Assembly: GCA_040954595.2 (NCBI GenBank) | Contig: CM082588.2 | Coordinates: forward strand, 3,660,156 to 3,724,155 | Source of the DNA: Balanoglossus misakiensis | Lineage: Eukaryota > Animalia > Hemichordata | Direction: 5' to 3' | Length of the DNA: 64,000 bases | Part shown: positions 1 through 13,800 of the stretch, piece by piece | Layout of the letters: the number at the start of each line of letters is the position of its first letter | Position numbering within the stretch: position 1 is the first letter of the stretch | The notes under the pieces: model-generated | Told to the model about the DNA's origin: nothing | Database searches by the model: none | Seen by the model: the letters and a program-made list of their open reading frames with translations, nothing else | Translations under genes and position numbers: made by a program

Positions 1-3000
1 AATATACAAAGACATGGATACTCAACAACACTGCACACACAAAAATACGACTGTCCTCTGAAGGGACACATATATGACACTACTTTTCAGGAGGTACCAC
101 TGACAGAAAATCCTCACGTTTCCTTATATTTCTGTTCTAAAGTTCTCCTGCCCTACAAGAATCATTCAAATATTCGCCTAACCCTATAACAGTGATATCG
201 GATATTTTCAGTTGTGTGTTGTAGGAAGAAAATAACTTGTTTACCTGGCATGATGACTTTGCAAATTAATGTGCAGTTAGGAACATGAAAGTTCATGCAC
301 AAAAATTTCATTCGGACAGTATAGAATTTGTTGAATATTATCACTTTGACTGGCTGCAAGTAGCCGAACATGAAATGAGAATTCAACACTGCGTTCATCA
401 CTTGAAATGGTCAGTGGTTGCACGCTTAACTTAGGCTGGAAAACCAGGATTTCATATCTGACTTGGCCAACCTTAAATATCTTGCGTCCTTCTTCAGTTT
501 AGTATAAAGATCCAGCCAAGTAATTTTGGTAGCTACTACCTCCTCAAAATGCTACTAAATTTTTCCAGAGATCACTGAAGTTATGAGCAATGATCACCAA
601 AGGGAGTTAATTCTTCTGGATAAAACGCAGGAAGTTGATGATTGCAGTTGTTTTATGAAAACTTGTGATAGCAGTACAAATACACATGGATAAACACATA
701 ATATATGCACATTTCCATATTCTGTTACGCACACAGTTTTGTTTGCTCAAAAGATTTGTCAAAAAGCAGTCAATGAATTTTGAAAGCGGCATATTTTTCA
801 CTCAAAAGATTGCCAGAAGTTTGTTTCATTTCTTGGTGTTTACTGAACTTACAACAGAACCAATTGATATACAAACCAGTTTGTTTTTGACGACTTAAAC
901 GCGAAGAGAACTGCCTGCATACAGCAATTGTTGAAATCTTTCACTTGTTCAGCCCTTTAATCAGAGGCATGTATATAGTCATGATCAGGTAAATTTTTTT
1001 TGAAACGTTTATGACCTCGGACATAAGGTCATTCTGTCCATGGATTCAAACATTTTATCCCATTTCTTGAGTTAGTTGCCCGTCAAATAAGCTTAGAGGC
1101 ACACTGTCCCACAATTCACTGATTCGTCCATCATCCAATGGTAGTAATTTACCAATTTTAGAAAAATTCACTTGATAGCTTTTTGAATGGGTTAATTAAT
1201 AACCAACATTTGACCAAGGAAACCAAAAGACATCAACCCTGCAGTGGGTTGGAAGACTTCATGCAAAACCAAAATTTCTGAAAGTCAATTTTTTGAGATC
1301 TTTAGACACTATTCATACAGGCCCAGAAATGTCATGTTGACGACCCCTTTACAGTAGTCTCATTGATAAACAAAAAGTGAATATTGCTCAAATTATGATC
1401 TTTCAATTCGCCAAAGGTACAAAAAAATTAATGTAATTTTTGGGAGGGCACATAATTTTCAGCAGATGTTCACTTTCTATTTGAGGCACAAGGGATAGTC
1501 ACCTGGGAAACACACATCTCTCCTCTTCCACTTCCTCACATCCAGGCAATGCCGAGGCAGCTCCAGGCCATGCAATACACCCCTGGGGGTCCAAGTGGCC
1601 GCGGCCTCCTTTGCTTGATGAGTGGCTGGCACCTGTACAGCTGAGATATGCTCTCTACACGAGTGCCAAATGGGAAAACAAACGTGGCCAGACAGGCAAC
1701 TTGTTTTTTTGTGTCTTTTTTGTCTTGCGAGAAACCTGGTAATTCTATGTGGCTAAAAAAAGCTCTAGTTCAGTTCTCCAGCTACTGGCCAATAACGGCG
1801 AAGCTTTTTAAAAATAATGTAAATGATATTTTTTTTTTCTCTGCTACCAGAATGCCAAGGCAGATAGATGTCAATGCCTCCGTTTTAGTGGATGTTCTTG
1901 TTCGAAGCCAGCTTATAGGCTTGCAATGTTTGAGAGACTGCAGTCACTGTCTCTAAGTGTTCCAGTCAGTCAAATATACACATTAGTCACTGGAGAAGAG
2001 TACAAATCCTGCAACTGTAATGTAAATGCAAATTCAAATTTCAGTGCAAATGCATAGGTCCAATAGAATTTGGACTGCTGTAATTTCGCACCACATTTGA
2101 GCTGGTGTTTTGCATAAGACTTTGGTTTTCTTTTTTTTTTATTCGGTTTTCATTCAGTTTCTGTTTTTTCATTTGTGTCATGAACTTTTTTTTTTTATCA
2201 TGTATAAAGAGAGCGGGAGAAAAGAAAAGAAAAGAAAGAACTCAAGTTAGTGAGGACACATCACAAATACAGTGGGTTGAACACAGACAACAGAAACCCT
2301 GGTGGGACTTCCGTTACAAAAACAGACAACTGGTTGGTCGCAGAGGAAACTGTTTAAAAAAACAACTTTCCACCTTTTTTCCCCCCCACTAACAAACTGC
2401 ATTATTACACCAGTGACAACTGAATCAAAGCCAAAATCTTTACATTCTCGTCAACTGGCGAGTTTCCTCTACAAGGCAACTTCAACCACACAATGGGGAT
2501 AGGCTTTCTATCTGACAGGAGAATTTTGTGATCTCGGCACTTGTGCACTCACAAAATCAGGATACAAACGAAGCAATGTTTTAGCATATTTCTTTTTGCA
2601 AGAGCTAACTTTTTAACGGTTTTTATTTGGCTTACGTAACAGACGAGAAATTACAGAACAGACAATTCTGATGCCAATCTTGAAACAATAAGCCCCACTA
2701 GTTTTGAAGGGCTACTACCAACAGGGAAAGAATTCGACAAATTAACAGCTGTACGAACTTTCACTTTTTTCACTAAGCAAGAAACAGGGTTGTTCCCAAA
2801 TAACATCAAAAATCGAACACACAGGCTAAAATATTTTAAAATACGAGTTTTCAAGTCTAAAACTTACTCTTCGAATTGAGAAAATTTGTCTTTAAATTTG
2901 TTGAGTGCATAATTCAATCAGAACTCTAGAGGTTGCCAGTTTCTACCATAGTACAGACATTTCACATCTCGTCTACTTAAATAAAATAACTGAACTACCA

Positions 3001-3761
3001 AACAGATTATACAATCTGCACATTGAACGAATGGGTAACGTGATTTTTTTTATCTTCAGGCTAATTCATGTTTAACATTGCTAGACTATGAAAAAATAAA
3101 GTTTAACACAGATAAATGAAAATGTATTGGCCATAAAACTACCACTTTTGTGTTTAACTTGGTATTTACACAGACAAAATTTGTCACCGTCAAACTTCTC
3201 ACCTCAATCCCACACTAAAGAGTTCAAAACACAGTAACTATTAGTACAAATAAGAAAATATGCAAAAAAGGGGTCATTTCTGTTTATGGCAGCGATTTTC
3301 AAGTAATTTAAAAGTTTGTATATATATCGTAAGCATATGCAGAATTTAGGGTCTTGTGTTTAGTGGAATAGTGGCATCTGATGAGAATTTTTTTTTCAGA
3401 CTAAGAGTTTAAAAAGGTGGTCTTTTGACTGTTCTCTGCACAGACTGTACTTTATAGAATTTGCAAGACTGGTTGGTTGTGGTCTTCATCATGTCTTTGC
3501 CAAGCATCAAATGTCTTGTCGTATGGAGAAATGTTTGTTTTGTTTTCCCAAAAGATGATGCAACTAGGGACAGGATTTTTTTACAGGATACATTATTCCA
3601 CACAATGAGTCAATAAAATCTTGGTCAATTTGATGGTTTAACTTGAAAGCGGTGAGACGTCTCTAGAATACTTTCAAAGACAGTTTATGTTGATGCTTCC
3701 AAATCGAACAAATATATAGAGGTGCATCAATATGATGAGTGAATTATAAAAGTTTTGGGGT

Positions 3762-6700
3762 CTATTTCCAAGCTTGGCCATAGGAATCCTGATACCATTC
3801 CTGACCACCTCCAGGGGTATAATCATAGCCACTGCTGTAATCCTGCTGCAAAGGCTGCTGAGCTATTGGCTGGGCTCCCCAACTCTGGCTGTTTTGATTT
3901 TGGGTAAAGCGGCGTTTGGAGTCACCTGAATTTTGTGTGTCGGCTTTGCGTTTGCCGGCAAAGCCGCCTCCACCACGGCCACCACGTCCGCCAGCCTGGC
4001 CTCCTCTGCCACCACGACCACGCCCTCCTTGCTGGCCGCCGCCCCTCATACCACTGCCACCACGCCCTCCTCTTCCCTGGCCACCGGAATAGCCGCCGCT
4101 GCTGCCACCCATGCCACCACCACCACCACGCATCGGATACCCGCTGCGACCCCGCGACGCCGGCTGGGCACCGCGTCCACGGAAACCACCACCACGGGAT
4201 CGGCCTTCGCGGTAGCCGCCACCACTGCCATAACCACCATAGTCTTGTCGGTCGCCGTAACCGCTGTAATAGCCATCAGCATAGTAGGGGTCATCATAAC
4301 CGCCATGATACTCGTCATAACCGTAATAGTCATCGTAGCCATATCCATAGCCGTAATCACGGTCATAACCACCTCTGTCATAGCCTCCACGTCCACGCAT
4401 TCCCATACCTCCACGGCCTCGACCACCGCCGCCGCCACCTCCACCACCATAGTAATCTTCTTCCCACCTGTAAAGCACAAAGTTTTTTTGTAAGTCACCA
4501 TGAAACTACACAAACAATACAGGCTTTTCTACAGTGATAACTTTCATCATAGTGACAGACCACCCTACGTTGCTGATGCAATAAAGCGACCCAGACACTT
4601 TCATACACAACTTCAAAAAGTTGAGATCCCACTCATCCGTAATTAAATACCATCTCGTAACTGCCCCACCCACCTTTGCGGTCTGCCGCCGCCCATTTGC
4701 CTCTGCTGTTGCCTTTCCTTCTTTTTCTTGTTTTCTGAAGGTGGCTTGGCCAGCGAGATCTCCAGATTTGAGCCCTCGACGTCCTTCCCGTTCATCTCTT
4801 CCATGGCTTTGACAGCGTGGTCCCTCTCTTCGAAATGCACAAAACAGTAGTCCTTCAGCTTCTTTATCCTCTCGACTGGTCCGAAAGCTTCAAACAGGGG
4901 CTTCAACGTCTCTTCTGTTGTTGTCACCATGAGGTTTCTCACGTACAGTACTTTCACCTATATCAGAGGGAAAATGGGGGTGATGGAAAGGGGCCCTTCT
5001 CAGTCCCTTGTATATTAGCTGGCGGGGTCACCTGGTATCTCTATTGCGATCACCCACAAATATTACACTCGACACTAGAAATACTGATCCCTTGCAAATC
5101 CCTGCTAGCTACGAATCAAATTTTGGAAGCAATGGCGATCCGAACTTTTAGAAACAGGTCTATCATTGGAGTGCCTCAATCTAGTTGTACAAGTCCATGC
5201 AAAAGTAATTTGTGCTTAGTACATAACTCAGCACGTGGTCAAAGTGGTCTGCAAATAGTCGCCCGTGTTTTCTGCATAGATATTTCAGCTGAATACAAAT
5301 TTGCCTGACATCTCATTGCCTACATATTTGTACTCAACAAAACACCCAGTAATACTCAACACATTAGCAACCTTTGCCGAGTTTACCTTGGCCCATGAAA
5401 GAACAAAAATACACTTTGAGGAACGCCAAGTGTACCTTCGACATTGTTTCTTCATCAGGCTCTTCCTGTGGATCTGCCCAGTCCACAGTGACATTGGAGT
5501 TACCCCACACTTTGATTCGACCACTCATTAACCTTCTCCTTGCAAGAGAGGCTGCCTTGTGTGAATCGAAGTGTAAGAAGGCAAAACCTCTGTTCTTCTT
5601 TCTGTCCTCGGGCATGTGATAAATTATAACATCAATCAGGCCATCTACAACACAAGAAGTCATTTGGAAATATTAAATGAGAATTGTTTTCAAGTACTTT
5701 TAGGGCAGCTTCGTTTCTTTTTACGATAAGGTGAAAAGATTGAACTCAGGTTTGCATTCAATGCAAGTAGTGCAGCAAACTCGTGGAAACAGAGTCGATG
5801 AAAAGGTAAAACGGCCATCTTCCCCCCATTTTGCCATTTACCTGACCTGGGACGTTGCAAAACTTGACTGATCTATTTGATCTGATCAACCCAACTCAAA
5901 TGTGGCTCCAAACAGAAGGCAATGAAACCATACTCACTGACATGTTTGCCAAATTCTTCCAGGATCTCATCCTTTGATTTTGTCTTTGGGATTGACCCTA
6001 CAAAGAGCCTGTGGTTGGCAACAGATATACAAACACCCAAACGCTTTCCTTTCCTGATCTCATGGTTGTCAAGCTGAAAAAATTAAATATTTTTCTTATT
6101 TTTCACACCTTTCAAATATTTAGATTTTAGAGTATGAAAATCTTTCCACCAAACAAGACCAACATAACTTTCTGATCAAGGAATTTTCTCAATGTATCCA
6201 TGACAAAACACTAAGGTGGCGTTTCTATTTACCTGTTTCACAGCTTCTTGTGCACCCTCCTTGGTACAGAATGTGATGAAAGCATACCCTCGGTTCAGCC
6301 CTGACAGTGGATCCATCATAAGCCGCAAGTCCCAGATTTTGCCACACTTCTCAAACAACGGCACAATTTCATCTTCAAACATATCTCTTGGAATCTTGCC
6401 AACAAAAACTTGCTGTGGGTGGGAGAAAAATAGAAATTATTGTTCAATACAGAAATTACAATATGTTTTTGTTAAAATTAATTTACCAAGTTCTTTAATT
6501 CTGTCAATAGAAATTGACCCATGGTCCCTCTCATCTCCATCCAAGAAACAAGACTGGACCACTGGCCTAACTATACACAGTTGTCAGATGTTTTAAAATC
6601 TTTACCTCTGCTTCACCAGCAGGAGGAGGACCATTCCAATCTGGCGGGGGACCACCATATTTCCTCTGTCCTGTTGTGACATCAAGCGTATACCCTGTAC

Positions 6701-7583
6701 GATCCAGTATTTCCTATGGGATGAATTGAAAGTTTATGTACATGTTAACCTATTATTTGCAGTTGGTAAACTATCACAAAGCGGACAAAGAAAGGATTAC
6801 ATCATTGATTTTCCAACCAAGCTATCCCAAGCACCTTTTACTTTTGTTATGCAAATCATTACAAATCTTTCCCCTGTCTGCGCAAATGTCACACTGTGCC
6901 TGATTAGATAATTTAAATTACCTTGAGTTTGGCTTCATCTGGTCCTGGCCTTGCGTCTGCAGCTGACTGCTGTTTGAGTTTCGTCCTCTGTCTGTATGTT
7001 TTCATGACTCCACACAGAAATGCACTTTTATTGTTTACATGTGAAAGATCGCTCTCTGCAAAAAAAAAACACTCAAGTCTTTTAGCGCTTAAACAAATTC
7101 GGAGATAAAAGACCAATCCCATATTTGGAATACACAAATAACATAACCGTAATTTTTCCTTGAATAGAAACCAACCTGCAAATTGCTTCAGCACAGACAA
7201 TGCACCCTCTTCATTGAACTCCTTCAGTGCATCAACCGCCCTCTCATCCAGCTCTCCATGAGTGAGTGTTCCTGGAAAAAGAGATGTGAAAATAAATTTA
7301 GCCGCAATTCATGGCATAAGAAAATCACGAAAATACTGCTATAAATCACACCCATTAAATTGATAAGAGATGTACCTGTTATATAAATTCTGTCCAACTG
7401 CTCTGAAACAGCTTCACTGAGGCCGATATCGATAAGCTTTTGGTAATCTTCTGTTTTTTCATAAGAGTCTGGTGCGGACTGTTGTTGCTCCATGGGTTCT
7501 TCAGTCTGTTGTTCTGCAGGTTCCGTGGATTCCTCCGTTTGCGGCATTTCTTCGTTCATCTGCTCGGTAGTTTCATCAGCCAT
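3762..7583 (-). CDS. SYNCRIP: Heterogeneous nuclear ribonucleoprotein Q/R (Syncrip family), 9 coding exons, about 686 aa
   Basis: Exons (-): 7583-7376, 7271-7176, 7055-6922, 6713-6606, 6412-6233, 6073-5938, 5644-5436, 4957-4674, 4467-3762; all GT-AG and phase-consistent (2061 nt). Acidic N-terminal domain ([16 protein letters not shown]), [19 protein letters not shown], three RRMs ([18 protein letters not shown]; [16 protein letters not shown]; VLYVRNL..DYCFVHF), RGG/Y-rich tail, [23 protein letters not shown] and [13 protein letters not shown] end. Co-orthologue of vertebrate SYNCRIP and HNRNPR. Confidence 0.96.
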
Positions 7584-8492
7584 GATTTACAACTGTGCAG
7601 AAAGGTGATCGAGTTGCAGGTTAGCGCCATCCGTTATTATGAGGGCATGCTGTCAACATGGCTTCAGACAACAGGCCGCGGGCATATCATAAAATCAGTT
7701 GAAGGCAAACGAGTTTACGTAACAAGCGTCTCTACTCATCGCTCTCAGAATGTCTATTTCAAGGACAGTAAGTGAAATACACACGACGCGTTGCCTTGCA
7801 TCAACATGAAAACTAACGCGTCCCAAATTCTAGTGGCCTCGATTACCGATGCGAATGCCTTTGTCTATTTTATCAACAAAAGAGGTTGTCACATGGCCGG
7901 GTTACCCTGCTTATGCACGCGGACGAGCCACGCTGGTGTGTATCGTATAATATTATGATATTTGAAGCTATGGAACCAATCGTGTACATTTCAAAGACTA
8001 ATTCCTTATTGTCATTAAAATAGAATTGTGTGGATCCTTCAAAACGTAGCAGGTGGTTAACGAAATTACACGATTACAAAGTGCCGAGATTTTCCACAAC
8101 CACGCTCATATCAAAGTGTACTATTCGGGCTTTGTTGTCTGACGTTTACCCACGCGTCAATGGCTACCAACAATTTTTGAAAAAGAATCAATTAAAACAC
8201 ATACGTTCTTGTGTTGATCGTGCAAAAGAAAGAACATTGATATCATCGATGCTTAAATTTGCAATAACAAACCAACCTAGAATACTATAAACTGTCGTTT
8301 ATGTTACTTCTAACTCTTGCAGGATTTTTAAAATCTTTCAAAATGGCCGCGTGGCTTGGGGTGCAGAACGCGCATGGCGAATTCCCCAATAAAATACACA
8401 GACTCAAGAAGATAAATCGCGAAACCCTGATAAAATGGTTATCATAGAAACACTGCAAATGCAAGAGTATTCAATCACTCGTCCAAACTTAC

Positions 8493-8570
8493 CAAAACAC
8501 CTGTCCTCTTCAAAAAACAAGAAACTAAAACTGGTACTCAGGCCGAACACAACCAAAATGGCGTAACGCG
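8493..8570 (-). promoter_or_regulatory. Probable TSS and non-coding first exon of hnRNP Q/R with YY1-type initiator
   Basis: Minus strand reads CGCCATTTTG (plus CAAAATGGCG near 8553-8562), then a short pyrimidine-rich segment ending at TG|GTAAGT (about 8492); matching acceptor at 7593 just before the ATG; CpG-rich surroundings. Confidence 0.6.
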
Positions 8571-10809
8571 TGAGTGACAGATTGCGTACAACGACGGGTT
8601 TCCTTTCCTTAAATTCAGGGTTATTGGGTTAAAGGTCATCATTTTCCCGCTCAAACCCCTGTCAGTTGCCATGCGTCACAATAAATTTACATACGTAAAT
8701 ATACATGTAAATACTGTGTGTGTTTGTTACTGTGTATGTTTCATTCATTGTCTGAGGCCCTGGGCGGACCACTACTATACTTTATTTCCGTCCCATACGT
8801 GTTATCAGCACCAAGTTTTTGATGGATTTCCGCCATCCAGAAAGACTTGAACTTGAAGATTTTATGTTTTACACCAAGTATTTTTCGCCATCTTCCACAT
8901 CTTTGTGTTCTTGTATGATTATTTATAATGTCACCAAACAATGTGATAAAACTTACTGTCAATTTTACCAATCACACCACCATGACTTCAGTGACATTAT
9001 CCTGAAGACACATTTGTAAAAAAAAAATATTTATTTACTGTAAGCATTGGTAAGGGATTGGTTCTATTGTGAATTAAAAACAACAAAATGAGACTATCGC
9101 ATAAGTTTTCTGCTACTCAAAAATGAGCAGCCATGTTTTAATGGTTCAAACAAACTGACTTGGAGTAACAATGTCTAAATAACACAAACGACTTACCAAC
9201 GCACACTGTGCATTGAAATACATGTACACCCCCATTTCCGTTTCGAAATCTGCTTTTAAAATAGGTTCTGATACATGATCACACGCAACGAAGCTGCTAC
9301 TTGTGAATCTAGGAAGGAATCTACAACACGCATGCAGTAGTTGCTCAGTTATATTCACCTTAAAATGATGAAACCCATGTGATGCACCTGGGAGGGAGTT
9401 AGTGGAAGGATCACCTAACTTCTGTATTGATTCCACAAAAATATCAAGCACAGGAGCATTTACAAGGAGAAATGTTTCAAATTGATTGAAAAACACTGCA
9501 TGTAAAAAAAAATCAAGCATTTTTATTTTTTCATTTTAAAGAGAACAATAGCAATACTCATCTAGCTTCTGTTTAAACTTCTACTCGCTGCAAATTTCTG
9601 TGCCACAATTTTTTTTTTCTCGATCAGAACAAAACAATCTCTACATCAAAACTAAAAAGAACACACACACATATTACATGTACATCAGCAATGGCAGTAA
9701 AGGCTTGTTAAGGTGGCACTTGCCATCTTTTGAATTTTTTTTACCACACAAGAAAACTGAAACAAATTGACATTTATCGGCACTTTGCTTTTAACACGCT
9801 TGTAAGGATCTTCAGAGAATTATTACAAAGATATTTTTTCACCAAACAAAATTTTAATCACACCAATAAGCACAGTGAGAGCCATGGCAACAGCTCACAG
9901 TTACATATCATGGTTACTTATGTGAAACTAATCAGATGTAGCATTACTTGAGAAATGTCAAACAGAGGGTAACCCTGTCACCTCTGTAATTGTATGAACT
10001 CATTAAAAAGACATTTCTTTTGTACACAGTTCAGATTACATTATCTTTTCTCCCGGGCAATTTTTTTGAAGAAAAATACACAGACTCTGGCTTGGATTTA
10101 TGACATTTTCACTCAGGGAATAACAACTATCATAAACTGAAGTTAAAACATTTGCAAAAAAAGGTCTAATGTAAGCATACAGGCAATAAATAGACCACAA
10201 CATTTGCCGGATACATCTGAGAGATCTCTACTGTCTATGGCTACAATTACAATGCATAATCCAGTGCAATTTTTCAAATTAAAAAAGCTCCGATGTATAA
10301 AAGTGAAACAAAGACATCTACATAACAAAGCATCTCCTTACTGGTCAAATAATACAAATCTGCGTAACAAAAGGAATGTTACTGGTGAAATATACAAAGA
10401 TGCATAACAAAGACAAATGCTATTGCTTCTAATGTAACATTCGAAAGAGAATAATTCTGAAATTAAATCAACAAATTACACAAAGAGCAAGAAAATAGTT
10501 TTCACAGAAATGACTGAAGAAATCTACTTGCCCTATTTAAACAGCCTTCAGCAAAATAAACCTTCGGGACAATAGCATGTGTGGTCAAGAGCCCTAATGA
10601 AGCAGTTTACAGTCATAGTCCAGAGTACTCGTATTCTGTTGAAAGGTACCATGACTATACAGTCACCAAATCAAATTTAGCCAATTACCATGGAAAGTGT
10701 AGAGCTAGCCAATCAAAGACTTTCACCAAGCGGCTATAAGAAAAAGATTTTCAGGTCTCCACCAAAACCAAGATGCCTAAATGCTAACCCTGCACGATCT
10801 ATACATAGT

Positions 10810-13800
10810 CTATGATTTCGTACTGGACGATGAAGAAGTGGCCTGAGCTCTGTTCTGCATGGACTGAAGGGCTTTCTCTCGCAATGTCTTCTCCAGTTCA
10901 TCTAGGTTCGTGTCACCAATATCACTGTCAACATCCTGAAATAAGAAGGGGGAAAAGGTCAAGAATGTTAACAGATTTGAAAAAAGATTTTCATTTTTGT
11001 TTCAATGTAATTGTAAATCAAAGGAAACAATTCTTCTACAGGAATTCTTTGTTTGTCTCTGTCACATACCTCAGCCTGTTCCTTCTTCTTTTTGTGTTTT
11101 TTATGTTTCTTGTGTTTCTTGTGCTTTTTATGCTTCTTTTTGTCTTTCTTCTTCGGTTCCGCTTCTGATCCCTGATGGGGAGAAATAAATATTTATCACA
11201 TTTGATGTAGTTTTTTTTTTAAATCCCTACTTAGACAGATGATTTTGAAAACTTCAATACAATGAAATGTGCAGAGAAATGACTTACCTCGGGGGTGCCA
11301 CTCCTTGACTTGGATTTTGTCTTCTCTTTTTTCACCTTGACAGGGGGTGGCTCCGGAGACCCTGAACTGGATTTAGACCTAGACCTCTTTGCTTTAACGC
11401 CCTTGGTGTCTTCAGCCTTCTCTTTTGATTTTATCCTGTGGTCTGGGCTGGGTGATCTTGCCTTCCTGGCAGGGGGCGACGGTGATCTCCGGGATCTGGA
11501 CTTCTCGACGTCCCTCGTTGGGGGAGTTTTTCGTTTCCTGTCAGGGGAGGGGGATCTGTCTGAGCTGACCCTTCTAGACCTCTCCGGGGTGGGACTGCGC
11601 CTCCTCCTCGGAGGGCTGGGCGATCTCCTCCTTTTCACCGGAGACGGGCTTGAATGCCTCTTGTGTCTGGGTGGCGGGGAGGGGCTGCGTCGCCGCCTCT
11701 CCGCGGGTTTCCTGTCGGGGGAGTGGCTCCCCCTGTCTTTTGCTTTGGTAGGTTTAGACTTCACCGGCGAGGGGCTGTAATCGCTACTCGACGCACTGTC
11801 GCTGTAGGGAGATGGAGTTCTCTTGTCTACGGGTCGGCCTCCCCTGCTGTCCTGCCGAGGCGGTGGTGAATTGCGACGCCTTCGTTCGGGGGACCTGCTG
11901 CGACGCCTTTCCACCGACGGAGACCTGTGCCGCCTGCGAAACGGTGAGCGCCTTCGGGGGCTCGGGCTTGATCTGCGACGGTGCTTATCAGGTGATGGAG
12001 ACCACGGGGATCGTCGCCTTGGTGGGGGCCTGGCATATCTGTCGTAACGCCTGAATGGTGGACCTCGGGGAGGTGAATCTCTGTACGACTTTCTGCGGGG
12101 TGGGCTGAACCTTCGTCTGGGTGATGGTGACCGTCTCCCATACCTAAAAGCGAAAAGATGGTGTTACCTCTACTGCTAAATAATGCAGCATAAATACAAG
12201 AAAAAGTTCCAGACATAGTGGATACTACCTTGACCCTTTCACCACCATGGTTTGGCCAGTGCTCCCCAACTTTTGCCGACACAAAACACCGACAATTACC
12301 TGAATCTATCCGGTGGTGTCAGGGTCCTCCTCCTCTTCCTTGGCGCAGGAGACGGCGACCTCTCGCTTGAGGATGAAGAGCTGTGTCTCCTCCTCAGAGA
12401 ATCCTTCTTCGGAGCATCCTCTTCAGAATCTGAATCCGAGGACGATGTCTCGGAGTGTCTCCTGTAGTGTCGTTGAGGGTAACGGCTCATCTTCTGTGGC
12501 GATTTCTTGTCGTCTTCCTTGTCTGAAACGTGTCCCTGCTTGGTGTCGTTGCTCTTGGGATCACCATTCTGTAAAACATTTCCGTTGCATAAGACGTAAG
12601 CAATGACATTTTTTTAAGGCGCACAACTTGACATATCTCAAGAATTAAATTCATGAAAACATGATGTAAGATCATGGCAGGTGTGATGAGACTGGCCAAT
12701 CTGAATATTTGTCAGAATGGCAGAAACCATACGTTAAAAAAAAACATAATAGGTCTCTCACCTTAGCATCTTTCTGCTTTTCCATTTTCTGGTTATAATG
12801 AGCTGGTGGTGGGGACGCGGACGCTTCCTTTCCAGCACCACTTTTTCTCTCCGGGCTTTTGGAGTCTTTCCTTGCATGGTGCTTTGGAGAAGGCGGCGCC
12901 TTTTTCTTCTGTTTTGGCGACCTTGATCTTGACCTTGAGCTGTCAGATGAGGAGGAGCGGCTCCTTGACCGCGAAGACTCCGAGGGCGACCTTCTTCTCC
13001 TCCTACAAATTTGAACAAATATTTTGTTGAAGAATTTACATTGAAAATAAGTCATCAATGATGAGACACCATGTACAGACTTTTCAGTTAAAGGGATTAA
13101 TTTGATGCAGTGGTCAAAATCTTATAAGCAAAGATTATCTCTCGCCTCCATGTTAAATGTACCTACCTTCTTGGTGGAGTTGGTGATCTTCGTCTTCTGA
13201 TAGGTCTTCTTGGCGGTGGAGAACGTGACCGACTTCTGTAGTGTCTTCTTGGCGATCTCCTGCGTCGTGGTGAGTGTGATCTATAGGTGAGACAGTAAGG
13301 AGGCTATTATATCCAGCAACTAGTGCAACTTCATATCCTATAATACAGACAATAACAAAAATCTATTTGGACTTCCACAGACTTAATTCAGTGACACTGA
13401 AAAAGTCAAAGATAATACTCTTCAGATTGTGCAACTAGTATTAAATTCACTCACCTCGATCTGGACCTTGACCTTCGTTTTCTGTGTCCCCTGTCGCGAT
13501 CCCTGTCCCTGTCACGATCCCTCTCCCTTTCCCGCTCTCTCTCCCGATCCCGGTCTCTGTCCCTTTCACGGTCCCTGTCCCGATCTCTGTCGCGGTCACG
13601 GTGATCTCTGTGTCTGCCTCGCGACCGTGATCTGCTGCGAGACCTGGAACGACTTGAATGCCTTTTCTTCCTCTGTCTTTCTGCCGACTCGCGCTTTTTC
13701 TCTTCTTCTTTTTCCTCTTTCCTAAAAAAAGACCAGAATAGGGGATTTTACATACACTTCTATATTCCAATATGTAGAATTTTTGTTCATCAAACATTTA

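Noticed and set aside
3933-4537. Long Thr/Ala-rich and His-rich plus-strand ORFs
   Set aside because: Antisense shadows of the low-complexity RGG exon of hnRNP Q/R.
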